Assembly: GCA_031835245.2 (NCBI GenBank)
Contig: JAVKOQ020000089.1
Span: forward strand, 1 to 64,000
DNA length: 64,000 nt
Direction of reading: 5' to 3'
Source of the DNA: Balamuthia mandrillaris
Lineage: Eukaryota
Of the stretch, positions 37,298 through 49,977 are shown piece by piece. The notes under the pieces are model-generated. The model made no database searches, was not told the DNA's origin, and saw only the letters and a list, made by a program, of their open reading frames with translations. The translations under genes and the position numbers were made by a program. Position 1 is the stretch's first letter, and each line of letters begins with the position of its first letter.

Positions 37298-38034
37298 TAA
37301 GATAGGAGAGGCGAATGAATAGACATTTTTTTTGTTTTGGGGAGAAACCCATAATGCCAAGACAAGTGGCAAGCCCTTTAAATAGATTTTTCGGCCAACT
37401 CCACATATTCAGTTAATGGACCTTCTAGGTTTTAACAGACATGATGAGCGGTTGTTGCCGCCCTCTTCTGGGCGAGAAGTGGCTTCCCCAACTCTTGTTA
37501 CGCGCATAATTGCCACTTTGCAACCAAATCTGATCACCACAAACCCCATATATCCCTCTTAGTAAACAAAAAAAAAAAGTGTTCCTCCTATCCGTAGCGC
37601 TCCTGCTTGTGGTCGCTGCAATACCATGCGCACTATGCATGCCATCGTTCCTGCTGCACGATGTGTGATGAGACAAAATAATGACCATACAACAAGAATA
37701 TGGCCGAGCAAAAGAACGGTACAACGGAAGCCCTGAAAGAGAGAATAAAATGATACGGGGACAAAGAGGAAGAAAAAGAAAGCAAAAAAAAAAAAAACCA
37801 CAACAAAACGCAGACAGGAAAGCAAAATGATTAAACCCATTTTTCTTCTTCAGGGAAGGTGTGGGGTTTATTTGGTTCGCTGGCTTACCGGCTGAACCGC
37901 CTCACACCGCGGATCGGCTCTGCATTGCACTCTTGCAGAGTTTGTTGCAACGGTCCACCTCTTTACAGAATAACAAGAAATGATTTTATGGAATGTAGCA
38001 TATGGCTACACTGCAAGAAAGCGGGGAGGAGGTC

Positions 38035-38153
38035 GGATACGGCCATACTGCGGAGAAAGCACCGCTTCCCGTCCGATCAGCGAAGTTAAGCTCCGCCAGG
38101 CGATGTTAGTACTGGGGTGGGTGACCACCCGGGAATCCATCGTGCTGTATCCT
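38035..38153 (+). rRNA. 5S rRNA, copy 2 (identical to copy 1)
   Basis: Same 119-nt sequence as 35143-35261, ending in a T7 run. Confidence 0.97.
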
Positions 38154-38806
38154 TTTTTTAATTATGCCGTTTGACTCTTGCGCCTTTCTTTTTGCCCTGC
38201 CCATCCATGCTATTTTCATCCACTTATAAGAGGGTTTCAATTATATCTCCTATCCTTTGAGTCGAGATAATGTTTCAAGCATCCGTCAACAACCCCTCTC
38301 TCTTGAGGTATCCATCAAGCTGTTGTTGCCTTATCAGATTCTGCTGCAAGATCAAGCGGTGGGCGACAGGCTGACAGCTTGGAACAGCAGGTTTTGGAGC
38401 TCATAGCTGTCGTATTTTGGAGCAGCTACGGCAATAGCGGCCGCTGAGGTACAGCTGTTGAGCATGTAGGCAACGGACGGCGGGTGCTTTGCGGTAGTTC
38501 TCTTGTACCTGAGAAAGCAGCGTCAGCCAACCCGAAAAATGGGATCCTGCCCCGATACTTGCCTTCTCCATTCGCTTGCAGTTAGCAGTGTTTGTGGGCC
38601 CATAGGGCGAGCAGCGACGACGGCCACGGGGATCCGACCTCTGTTTGTCTCTTTAGCAGTATGGTGGCCCTACGCCAAAGAGAGTGACCCTTCATTTTGC
38701 CGACTAAAATCCTTTCCTTTCATTGAACGACCTTTCATCAAAGAAAGTTATAAGGTGAGGCAATAAAACCAAAGGAAGTCGAGAACCGAGGCGAAGGGAC
38801 GCACGA

Positions 38807-40063
38807 ATGTCGCAGAAGGACAAGGACAAGGACAAGGAGAGCAAGAAGAAGGTAAAGAAGGAGAAGAAAGAGGAGCAGCGAAAAGAAAAGAGCGCAAAGG
38901 AGAAGGATGGCGGTTCCTTTCGGTTCAGCTCGGTGCTGGAGAAGTTGGCCACGGCCAAACGCAAGAAGCGCAGCAAGCGTACGGGTATTGAGGAACTTAC
39001 CTCGGCTGTTTCAACAGAGGAGAACCGTTTGACCAAGAGCGAGAGAACACGCTCTCTCCTCCATGACATCGACTTGAAAGACAAACAACCTCCAGTCAAA
39101 GAATCTGCAACTGCGAAAACCACCCAAAAGCCTTCTTCTTCCACTTCGGCTGTTATCGAAAACAACGAACTCATACGAGAACCAACAAAAGGGATAGACA
39201 AATACAGGCTCAAGGCGCCAGAAACAGCGAACAAAGCTGGGTCACTTCCCACTCGTAGATATTCCAAAACGGATGCTGCCATCCGACCCCGGCTGGAACG
39301 ACCTCGCTCCTCCTCTCCTCTTCAAGAGAGAAGCAAAGAAAAGCAGCAGCAACAACAAGAGCAAAGGCAGAAAGAACGAGATCAAGAAGAGCAACTACGA
39401 CCACTGAGTGCAAGACAGCACTTGGAGCGAAACAAAGAGAGATTGTTGGCTTCTTCCAACTTGGAGACGACTTCTGTTGATAGCGACGCCAATAGGAACG
39501 GTGAAGAACTCGACGACAAAGGAGGCGATAAGACTTTGGGAAAAGGAGCGAAAGCCAACAGACTGATAGACCAGTTCAGAAAGAAACAATTAGGTAACAT
39601 CTCTCTTTGGTGTTCGTAACATTGTTGCTAAACCCACAAACCTTCCTTCCCATCGATACCAGGAATGCCAGTCACAGAAGAAGAAGTGAAACGATACAAA
39701 GAGCAAATGCTGAAAAAATACGAGGAAGAGCAAAAAGAAAACGCAGCGGTCCTCAAAAAGAAGAAAGAGTTTGTGGAGTGGGAGAAGAAGCAACAAAAAG
39801 CAAAGTTGCGTCGAAAGTCGATGCCTGCAGTTGCCTACCATCCCGCCGCTGTGAACAGACGAACGAGGTTGAGCACCAACAACCTCAGTAACAGAAACTT
39901 AAGCAGCGTTCTGATCCAGAAAGTGAAGGACGAGTATCAAGAGAATCCAACGCATACCGTGGCCACCATTTTGGGGTTTGTGTCGGTGATTGTGTTGGTG
40001 GTCGTGTTTTTTGTTGTGCAGCGAATCCTATCTTGGTATCTTAATACTTCGTATGGGATTTAG
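38807..40063 (+). CDS. Uncharacterised charged protein with a single C-terminal TM helix (tail-anchored-like), 2 exons
   Basis: Intron 39594-39662 joins two ORFs in frame. C-terminal TVATILGFVSVIVLVVVFFVV. Confidence 0.65.
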
Positions 40064-40199
40064 TTGTTTGAAAGAGCAAAAAATTCTCATTCTCGTCTTT
40101 CTTCGACAGAGAGAGAGAGAGAGAGAGAGAGAAAAAGAACGCAAGAGAGAAAAGGAAGAAGAAGGCTTACAAGAAAGAAGCAAAAGTTGAATTGAAGCA

Positions 40200-43100
40200 C
40201 TAATCACGAGACAAAGCGTGTATCCGTTTCAACAAAGGATCATGACGCGGAGCTACTTGTTTGATAAGAAGGATGCTTCCCTCTGGATGTCCTTCCCAAG
40301 CTTCAAACGAACGCGAGAAGGATCGGGTGACTGCTTCCATGTTGTTCCTTCGTTCTTTCTCTTTCTGCTCTTCCGCTTCGCCCTCCTCTGTTTTGTGATT
40401 GTAGATTCCAACAAAATAAGTGGCAGTGTAAGGAAAGTTGTTTGTTGTGACCGTTTCTTTCTCCTTTTCCTTCTTTGTTTCTGTTGATGATTCTTGTAGA
40501 AGGAGTTGTTCGAGTTTGTTGTAGATGTTATGAAAGGTGCCAACGAAAGGATGAAGAAGTGTGTTGCCGAGTTGCTCCACTTCCGTTATAAACACCACCA
40601 TTCGCGATTCCATCCATCCCACGCTATTGGTTATATAGTTAGCAGGATAAGGAAGGCAGAGAGAATAACGAACAGAAGAAGAAGAAAGCAAAGAATACCT
40701 GGAGTGTAAATCTTTCTCTGATAGACAGCACAGATCAAACTGAAAGTAAGACTTGTACATGTGGAAGTAATCAGGAGCTTCGAACAATTGGCTCCAACTA
40801 TTAGGAGACAAAGACTCGCTAAAGACAGATCCGCCCTCTGATGCTGGCTCACTTTCAGCATGCAACTTGGCGGTACATTTGTGTGCTCGTTGTAACTCGT
40901 TTCGAAGAATTCTAACATAAGAGATGTGTAAGAACAATCAAAAGGAAAATAGGAAGAAAGAAAATGAGAGAGAAAGCGAGAGGAAAAACAAACTTGAAAG
41001 TAGATTGTGTAATGTTACGAGCAGAGTTTTTGACAGGCGCGGAAGGAGTAAGAATGGTCATGAGTTCATTTTCACTTTCACGTTCGTAGTTTGTAGTAAC
41101 GAGAGAAACGTGAGATTTGCTCCAATCCCATCCAGAAAACGTGGCAAAGAAAAAGTCGAGCAGCGTTTGGTCGGAGAGCAAGTTGCCAACAGGATAATGG
41201 ACGCATGCCCATGCCACCATTACCGACCATGAAAAACTGCCCAAGAAACACATAGAGTTGGAAAGTAAACCTCTCGCTATTTTCGTAACAGCAAACAATT
41301 ATAAGGCATAATAAGTAAACAAATGAAAGCAGAAAGTTAACAGTTAGAAGGCCAAAAGAAAGAAGGCTAAGATACCTTTCGCCCAAAGCTTAACAGCGCG
41401 TAAAACTCTCCTAAATATGGGTAGTTGTTGTTCAGATAATGAGTTTAGAAGAACCATGGTGTCGCGAGGCCCGTGCAAACACCGGATGCTGGATTTGTCA
41501 AAAAAACGAAGTTGGCTTTCTTTTACTTGTTCAGGAGGACCAGGTGTGATGTTGCTCGGATAGCTGCAATATAAGATATCCAACTTTCAAAATATTTAAA
41601 ATTAGAAGTGAAAAAGAATAACAAAATGGCAAGATGAGAGAGAGAGAGAGAGAGAGAGAGATACCTTAATGTCATAAATAACAGCTCTCATGATTGGAAC
41701 TAACGCATCAAATGCGAAAGAAAGCACTTTAGCTCCCTGCATCACTTTCAATCTGGCAGCCAGCTGCTCAAAGAAAGTCTCCACAGAAAGCAATGCAGAG
41801 GGCGGACCCACGCAAAGTACATCCACATCGCTGTTCGCCGAATGTACCCCTAAACGATAACTTCCAAGGGCGAACAAACTACCGTAACAAGTCTTCTCTC
41901 TGTCGTTTTCTGCTTCTTCTTGAGCAAATGGTGCTAACATCTTTTTGCAAACGAGTTCCAACTTTTCCAGAGCTTCTCTTCGACGATTACATTGTGCTTT
42001 TGTTTCATATAAACCTGGTTGAGCACGAAGGTACTTTGACAAAGGCGTTGGTTGTTCTTCTTCCTCTTCTGCCAATGCCTCATCAGCTTCCTCTTCCGTC
42101 TTCGTCTTTGTTGCTGCTTGCTCCATCCCTGGCAGGTCTGCCGTTCCGTTAAACTTTAGCACGCAACGAACTCCAAAATGATCCGATGGAAACAATGTTA
42201 CTGTTGTCACTCCTTGCTTTTTGCCTTCTTCCTCTTCTTCCTCTCCTTCGTTCTCCTCCTCTTCTTTCGACAGTTGAATCTCGAATGGTTCAGTTCCAAG
42301 TAGAGTAACTTCTGTTGGTTGCCACCGACGAAAAGGAGAGCGGACGAGAATACGATCAAGGCGACGAGAAGCGCCTGTTTGAGAGTTGAGAGCGGCAAGG
42401 TTGTTGACAGATGGATCGAAGGTGAAGCCGGCTTCAGACATATGAAGAGTGAGCCAGCTGTCCTCAAAGTCACCTCTTATGAGTTGGTTCTCTTTGGCCT
42501 CATCTCCAAAGTTGAAGTCTCCCATCAACACACAATCTGTTCCATCATCCTGTTTATTTTTAAATAAAAGTTTAGAAAAGAAAGAAAAGCATTTGAAAAG
42601 GAGAAACGAACCTCATCTAAGCCCAAAGGACAGGCTCCCGAAAACACAATGCTGAGTTGTCGTTTTCGCTTGTAGAGAAGTGCATCGCGTTTGGACACAG
42701 TGGTGTGTTCAGCAACATGGTATTCGCTCGTCAAATGAACGACTGGCAGATAGACTAGCCGGTTGTTTAGCTTAATACATCCCAAAATAACTCCTTTGTT
42801 TTGGGAGAACTTTGCCATTTGCAAGCTTTTGTCAGGAGAGTGAAGAAAGGAGCGAGAGTGAAAATTTGAGCAATATGTTCAGAGGAATTCTACTGGAGAC
42901 GAAAGAAGGAAGACGAGGAAGAAAGAAGAATGAAGGAAGAAAGAAGAGGAAGCAGAAGGAACAAAGAAAGAAAAGAAGAAAGAAGAAATATTACCTATGA
43001 AAAGGGATTCGGCAAAGTAGAACTTGTCCATATGGAGTGATAGTGGACCCCCTCTCTGGTATCTCCGACACATAATATCCCTCCCTGACCCATTCCTCCG

Positions 43101-43601
43101 CCAACAGGGCCTTCAGGAAAGGTCTTGTCACTTCCTCCAGCCCAATAACGTCCGCCTCGCTCCGTCTCAGCAGCTCCAACAGGACAGGAATCCTTCGAGC
43201 GGTGTGTATCTTCTCTTTCAAGTAATGATCAAATAACACGTTGAAGGTGACCACCACCAGCTCTTCCATCCGCCTGGTTTCCTCGTTTCGCTCCTCGTCT
43301 TCGTTCGTTGCTGAAGTTTCTCTCCATTCATCCCATTCTTTGTCGAAACGAAAGATAGGAAGGTCCAAGAAACGAATGGAGGCTTCTTTTTCTTTTCGTT
43401 CTTGTTTGGCTCTGTCTCTGCTTTCTTTCTTGTGTTGGCGAAGCTCGGCTTTACGACCGCGAGAGGCTTTTTTGGTTTTGGGCTCCGTTTCTTTGAGCTT
43501 CTCTCCAACTTTTCTTCGTGGCTTCTCTTTCGGCTCAGCTCCTTGTTGAAGAGTCACAAACGCAACGAACAGTTAGCGAAGAGAGAGAGAGAGAAGAAGG
43601 A

Positions 43602-43641
<40 letters not shown>

Positions 43642-44100
43642 AACGACAAGAAAGAAAGAAAGAAACGACAAGAAAGAAAGGAAAGACAAATAAAAGAGAA
43701 GAGGGACATGCGTACCTTCACCAGATCCAAAGACAGCGTCCATGCGCGTCTCTCTGTCCCAGAGGAACCGTCCGCTGTGCTCCGCGCAAAAGTAATGTAT
43801 GCGGTGCCAGGGTATGTCGCTCCGCTTGGGGTCAAACTTGTCAAACGCTATCTCGAGGACGCCGCGGAAGCGGTCCTCGTAGCCGATCACGATCTGGCTG
43901 GTGTCGTACTGGGCGTCCCATTTGAGCTTGTCGTAGACGTCCTTGGAGGTTCTGAGCTTCTTCTTGCCTTCCTCTCCCTCCCCCTCCCCTCCCGGCCGCC
44001 GCAAGGAGGGGGTACGGGCTTGTTGGGCCTGAGCGGCAGCAGCAGCTCCTCCTTTGCCTCTTCCTCTCTGCGCGTGGGTTGGTTGATCTGCCTTCTCCAT
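40200..44100 (-). CDS. MJ1316 domain + EEP (endonuclease/exonuclease/phosphatase) + canonical-type poly(A) polymerase fusion, multi-exon
   Basis: MJ1316: LRTSKDVYDKLKWD..IGYEDRF..DIPWHRIHYF..WDR. EEP: TFNV, LEEV, VHL, GDFN, RLDRI, PSDHFGV. PAP: GSYRLGV..SDVDVLC, VPIM, KLDI, FRRVLRAVKLWAK, FLGSFSW, MTILTP, VGWMESR. Confidence 0.88.
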
Positions 44101-44650
44101 ATGGTGCCGTCGCAGTCGCAGTCGTCTTCAAGGGTGCTTCTTTCAGCCCAAAAGAAGAAGTAGAAGAAGAAGAAGGTTGGAGGGGTGTGCTGGCCTTCAA
44201 GGGACCATTCCTTCTTTTGTTCGAATTCATTTCAGCTAAAACTTTTCTGCCTTTTTTTCCAGATTATCGATACAAGATAAATTATTCATGTACATTCTCC
44301 AATAATTCCAGATTATTGATATAGTGTTTAATAATTGATAATTACTAATAATTCGAGATTATTGCTATAGATTCATCAGAGCAACCGGAGCCGCACGAGA
44401 GTGCGCCATGAATGCGAGGGGAGACGCCGATGGGTATGGAGTATGGTGGTGGAGTTTCAGCTGGTACAAGTGAAGGAGGTAAAAAGCGGCGGCGTTAAGT
44501 TAAGGCCATTTGAGCTTGTTGGGAAGGCGTTCGTGTTGTTTGAGGGGGGCGACATCCAACCGCTCCAGGCCTAGCCTATGCTCACGATCCGTGCTTCCTT
44601 GAACATGAAGCAGCCTACGTCAATGTGGCGTTTATTTTGAAACTCTCCCG

Positions 44651-45860
44651 TCACAATGTGGAAACAGTAGTGGCTAAAGCGTCTTTAAATCGCACAGGCC
44701 ATACCCGAACCATGCGTTGATTGCAAAACGGGCATGCTCGTCGCCTAACGGCTGCAACACCTCGCGCACACTTTTCGCACATCGAATGCCTGCAGGGCAG
44801 CACCATCACCATCCTCTCCACCTCCACGCCATCCTCCATGCATATCCTGCACTCGTAGCCCTCTGTCCCCTTGCCCTTCTCATCCTCCTCATGCTCATGC
44901 ATAGTAGGATCGGCATTGCGACCAATGACTCCGCGTTGTTGCCACGCTTGAACCAGTCGTCGTTCAATCTCGCCACGGTTCGTTGCGCCGTCGGTGTCTA
45001 TCTGTAATTCCCTACACATTTTGTATACCTATCAACAACAATATAACAGTAAGCAGGGCTCAACATTACAGACAAACGAGGAGGCGTACCTGCTCAAGAG
45101 ATAGAAATTGAAAGCGAATGCAATGCTGTATGTGTTTTCGATCGTAGCTCAGTATTCGTTTCGCCATAACTCGCTTCGTGTTGCTTACAGCCAATCCACG
45201 CGCGATGCACATTGCAGTCAACCTGTCTTTGTGTTGCTTTCTCGCTTCTTCCCAATTGCTTGCCGTATCTACATCTTTCTCCTCTTCGTCGCTCTCTTCT
45301 CCCTCCTCCTCTTCTCCTTCCCGCTGCGTTGTGGTTGTTGTTGTGCTTCCGGCTTTACGGTTCGAAAAAGTCATGATATTCACGATAGCTTGCACCTCAG
45401 AAGATAACAGGTACGCACGAACTGCCTCTCGAACTTCATCTGTGGACTGCAAAGCTTCTTCGGGAACCAACAGTCTTTCTTTCTTACAAAATGCCTTTTT
45501 GTGTAAGGATTTGTTGTTAGTTGTTGTGCACACGCGTGTGGTGTGTGGCGTGTCTGTTCGAGTGGCTGTGTGTACCAAAAGAACATGCAATGGCTGATCA
45601 TCGAGCCAACAGAGTCGTTGCGCTGCGTTGGTTACAAGCGCAGTGGTGGCGGCAGTGAATTGTAATATTACTTCGATGAGCTGTTGCTTTCGGCTTGGAA
45701 TGGTCAGAGGTGGAGGTACACCGGCTGTGGCGTTGCTTTCCACGGCGACGCATTGTTGCTGACTTCGGCGCGCAGCACATGCAATATCGAAACAAGTACG
45801 GAGGTGAATCACCGTAAGTCCCTCCAAGTAATACTCTTGCTCGCCCTGCCACCGCGCCAT
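44651..45860 (-). CDS. SAP/HeH-like motifs + C-terminal RING-HC finger, one intron (~45029-45088); start uncertain
   Basis: KDRLTAMCIARGLAVSNTKRVMAKRIL and LSLEQVYKMCRELQI...NRGEIERRL resemble SAP/HeH. RING CRIC...PCRHSMCEKC...CPFC. Confidence 0.65.
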
Positions 45861-46101
45861 TCGCCCTGCCACTCTCTCTTTGACACACCGAAGAAGAACT
45901 GCTGCGGCCGGGGCTTGCCGTGCTAAACATTTCCTCAAACTTTTTCACAGCAATGAAAGTGGCTTAATAATTAGGTAGATGATGGCCAAACGTATCTTCT
46001 GCTTTCTCTCCGGGTCCGATCGATGCCTTTGGTGTTAACAGAGCCATTATGTTTCGCCCTTTAGGTGGGTTACTCTTCAGCAAAAGGACAAACAGCAAAA
46101 C

Positions 46102-46137
<36 letters not shown>

Positions 46138-46266
46138 AAGCTGCATCCCACATAAAGTGAAAATGGAGCTGCAGAGCTGGATGACCTCACGCGAGAGAAT
46201 GTATGTTCAAAAAAACAAGGGTCGGTGTTTTCTTTAGACAAAACAAAACAAACAAAAATAAAGGTA

Positions 46267-48689
46267 TCATACATAAAGAGAAAGAGAGGAGTAGGCCCGC
46301 ACGAGCTCGTGCAAGAATAAATACTGCTCCTTGGTCTGCACCATGCCGCGCCGCTGCTCTCTCAGCTCCTCCACTATCTGTTTCATGTCCAGCTCCTCCC
46401 TCTTCTCCACCTTTTTCAGACGCAACTTCTCCAGGGCAATGTGAGCGGCTATCAGGGTACCTGTCCGCCCTAGCCCCGCGCTGCAGTGCAGCACTATTGG
46501 TCCGTTCAATCCCTCTGGTGCTGCTTGTCTGTGTTGCTCCATCAATCCCAATAACTTAGAGAAAGTGTGGTTAGCCAAAACACAGTGAAGAAGGACGAGA
46601 CAGAGAGAGGTAATGGCGTAAATGCAAGAGAATGACAGAAGAGATGAGAAACCTTTTTGAATGTTTTGGTAGACTTGGGCCTTCCAAAATCAGGCCAGCC
46701 AGTGTAATGTATTTGGACGACCCGCCGTATTTCCTGCTCTTGCCGCTCCTCCAGATCGGTCAAATCCACAAGACCTTGCTCCTCTGCGCTGCTATCATGC
46801 CTCAAACTGAACTCTCGCACGATAATCTTGGCCGAGTGCTGGTGCTGCCTCTCCAACCGGACAGCGATGCTACCGTACTGCTTCCACCCCCCCTCTCCTC
46901 CGCTCTCCGACTCGGCGGTGCCCGGCCGCCTCGTCCTGGAAAGAGGACCCCTCGTGGGCCAATATTTTTCGGCCTTTACTCTCTCCTTCTCCATGAGGCG
47001 CGTCAGCATCATGATGACATAGGAATGCTGCTCCCAGATCATGCGCCAAAAGTCGGCAAAGGTATTAGGAAGAGGGGCTTGGCAGGCGATGTAGACCTGG
47101 CTCTCTCCTTTGACGTAGTTGGCGTTGATGTAGTCGGAGCTGCGGCCCCCTTGGAGCTTCACTCGGGTCTCGGGGTTGGGTAACACGTTGCCGTAGCGGT
47201 TTTTGTGGATATTGTGGTACTCAAGGGCGAAGTTGAAGTCAGGCTTGGCTTTGCGTTGCTCCTGTAAGGCCAGTTGCTCAAACTCGCTTTGGAGCTTGGC
47301 CTCCTCCATCTCGGAGGTGGTCAGAAGCGTCCTCTTTTTGTTTTTTGCTTTTGCTTTGGATTTCTTCTTTCTCCCAGTTTCACTTTCGGTGTCGCTGCTC
47401 GATTCTTCCTCTTCTTTCTCCTCTTCCTCTGATTCTTCTTCCTCTTCCTCTTCCTCTTCCCCGTCCTCTTCTTCAGAATCGGAAGAACCTTCTCCCTCTT
47501 CTTCTGTTTCTTTTTCTTCTTTTTCATCCTCCTCCGAGGTTACGGTATTACTGAAACGGCACACGTCTTGACCCTTCTTACCTTTTGCTTCCTCTACAGT
47601 GTCTGTTTCTCCCAAGTCATTTTCTACCTCCACTTCGATGTTTCTGCCTGGTTTGCTTTCTTTTGATTCTTTCTTTTCCTTCTTTTTCTTTTTGTCCTTC
47701 TCTTTCTCTTTCTCTTTATCCTTTTCTTTACACTTATCCTTACGTTGGTGATGATGTTTCCCGCCAATTCGAAGTTGCCAACCTTTTCCTTTTGCCTTTG
47801 CTCCTCCACCTTTTCCTTTCTCTTCCTTCTCCTCCTCTCCGCTATGAGAGCTTTGCCCACCATGAATCAAAGCCGTCTCTCCCGAATCTTCGCTGATGCA
47901 TCCTTCGCTCCAACAATCTCGTTCTACTGTAGTTATCGTCTTTGTCGTCGTTGTTGTTGGAGAACCAGCAAGCAGAGACCGACCGTCTACAATCCCAGCT
48001 CGTGGTTTGCGAAGATCGATTTTGGCCACCTGTCTAAGGTCATGTTGATGGAAATCATCCGGCTCTTCTCCGCCAGACTTGGATTTTCCCAATTCTCGTC
48101 GTCGTTCTTGCTTTTTCCTTCTTCTCGTCTTTCTGTTTCTCTTTAGTTGCTGCTCTTGAGCTTTCTCGTTTTCTTGTTTATCTTTCTCTTTGTCTTTACC
48201 CTCCCGGTCGATCTTATTTCGGAAGAAAGCCAAGCGAGCCAGTTTTGGACTTTTAGGGGGAGGGTTGGCTCCTTCTGCTCCTTTCGGCCGGTGTTTGTAG
48301 GAAGGCGAAGAAATGAGGCTAGTGGTGCTAGCGCGGCGTCTATATGCCACAACAGGGCTAGCAGGAGTGGAGCGATGGCCTCTCCCTAATCGTCTTCGTT
48401 TTGCCTTGTCGTCTTTTGTTGTTGCATCTGTACATGTCGTTGGTGTAGTAAGTTTCTCCGTCTTTGGCTTTTTGGGAGAGGTTTGTTGTTCCGTTGTTTG
48501 TTGTTGCTTCTTCTTGTGGTACTTCTCGTCATTTGTTTGTCTTTTGCCGTTGGAGAGTACGTCTTTTGCTTGCGTTGAGCCAACGACCACTTTTCTCTCT
48601 TCTTTACAATCGTGGTCGTGGTTTCCGTCTCCGCACACGCTTGAGGCTGTGGAACTGGACGGCCTTTTTGCTGGCTTTGTATTAAACAT
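46267..48689 (-). CDS. Classical protein-tyrosine phosphatase with long disordered N-terminus; upstream exon possible
   Basis: KNRY, DYINANY, YIACQAP, DFWRMIWEQ, WPDFG, HCSAGLGRTG and MVQTKEQY. Confidence 0.93.
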
Positions 48690-49977
48690 GGTGGAGGCAC
48701 AGTTGCAATCTACTTGTTTGAAAGAAAGAAAATGAGAGCTAGAACGAGAGAGAGAGAGAGAGAGAGAGAAGAATAACAAGAGAGGGTCGAGGAGAACGAG
48801 ACGAGAGGAGAGAGAAAGAGAGAGAAGAGAGAAGAGCTGGTCGAGGAAGAAGGGGAAAGCAAACCGAAGAAACGGGAACAAATGAACAAGGTAAAAAAAA
48901 ACAAAGCAATAATGGCCACGACGTGCAGTCCACAGGAAAAAGTGAAATCTTCCTCAAGACACAATCAGCATCGGGGCCAAACAAAATATTAAAGGTCTCT
49001 TTCACAAAAACTTCTCTCTTGCTTTCGGGTCCTTTCGGTTGCACAGTAGAGCCTCACAACAATAACAAAAAAAAATGCTGGCAAAATCACAAAGCCTTTT
49101 CCTTCGTTCTCTATCTCTCTGTCGTGTGTGCGTGGTTGTGATCTTTGGGCAGTCTCTCTCTCTTTTTCTCTACAGCAAAAAAAAAGAGGTGCCAGCGTTG
49201 TCCACAAAAAAAAAAACCCAACGGAAAAGAGCAGAAAACCGGAAGAAGAGGAGCGAGGTTGACCGAAAGAGAGGGCAAGAAAGACAGGGAAAAAAAAAAT
49301 AGAGCAGCTACTCCCTTCACCAAGCGGTCGAGGTTATTTGTCCTCTTTTGTGTGTGAGCGGCAAAGAGCAGTAGCGGCGGTTTTAAAAAGACGAATCGGT
49401 GAAGCTGAAACAAGGCTTCGAACTGAACCACGATGAGAATCGGCTATTTTTTTTTTTCAAACAAAAAAAAAATGAGGACGGGGTTTTAATGCGTTTCATT
49501 CATTCGGTAGTGTAGTTTCGGTTAATCGGAGATGTTTTATTAAACGATCCATCGTTGCAACCAACGGAACTCCTCTTTTTTTTGTGTGGACCAACAAGGA
49601 ATGCGGCCCAAACTGTTTGCATGCCGTGGTGCTCTGCCGTCCTCCCCTCCTCCTCCTCTCCCCCCCAAAAAAATTCGCAACAGAGACTCTTGCGGCTTTT
49701 TGGCGAGGCAAAGACAGGCTTGAAAGGAGTGGCCAATCACGAATCATACATTAGGTATTAAGGAGTGAGGTCGTTTGCGCATTGGCCCGCATTTTCGGGT
49801 CCATGTCCAAAAAGGGAAAAGAACGTTAAAAATGGGCAAAGGCAGAAAAAACCTTTCGGATAAGAAGAGGAAAGAGAAAAATAAAAACAAAAACAAAGCT
49901 TCGCGCTGACCCATTTGTTTTTTTTTTTTGAAAAAAAATTAGGAGACCAAGGAAGAAAACACTGCAGTCGCTTTGAG

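Noticed and set aside
37441..37533. Intergenic ATGATGA...CTGA resembling a C/D snoRNA
   Set aside because: No terminal stem, and the partial SSU rRNA complementarity is not positioned correctly relative to the D box; likely chance.
38200..38760. Non-repetitive stretch downstream of 5S copy 2
   Set aside because: Only short ORFs with no recognisable motif or RNA structure.
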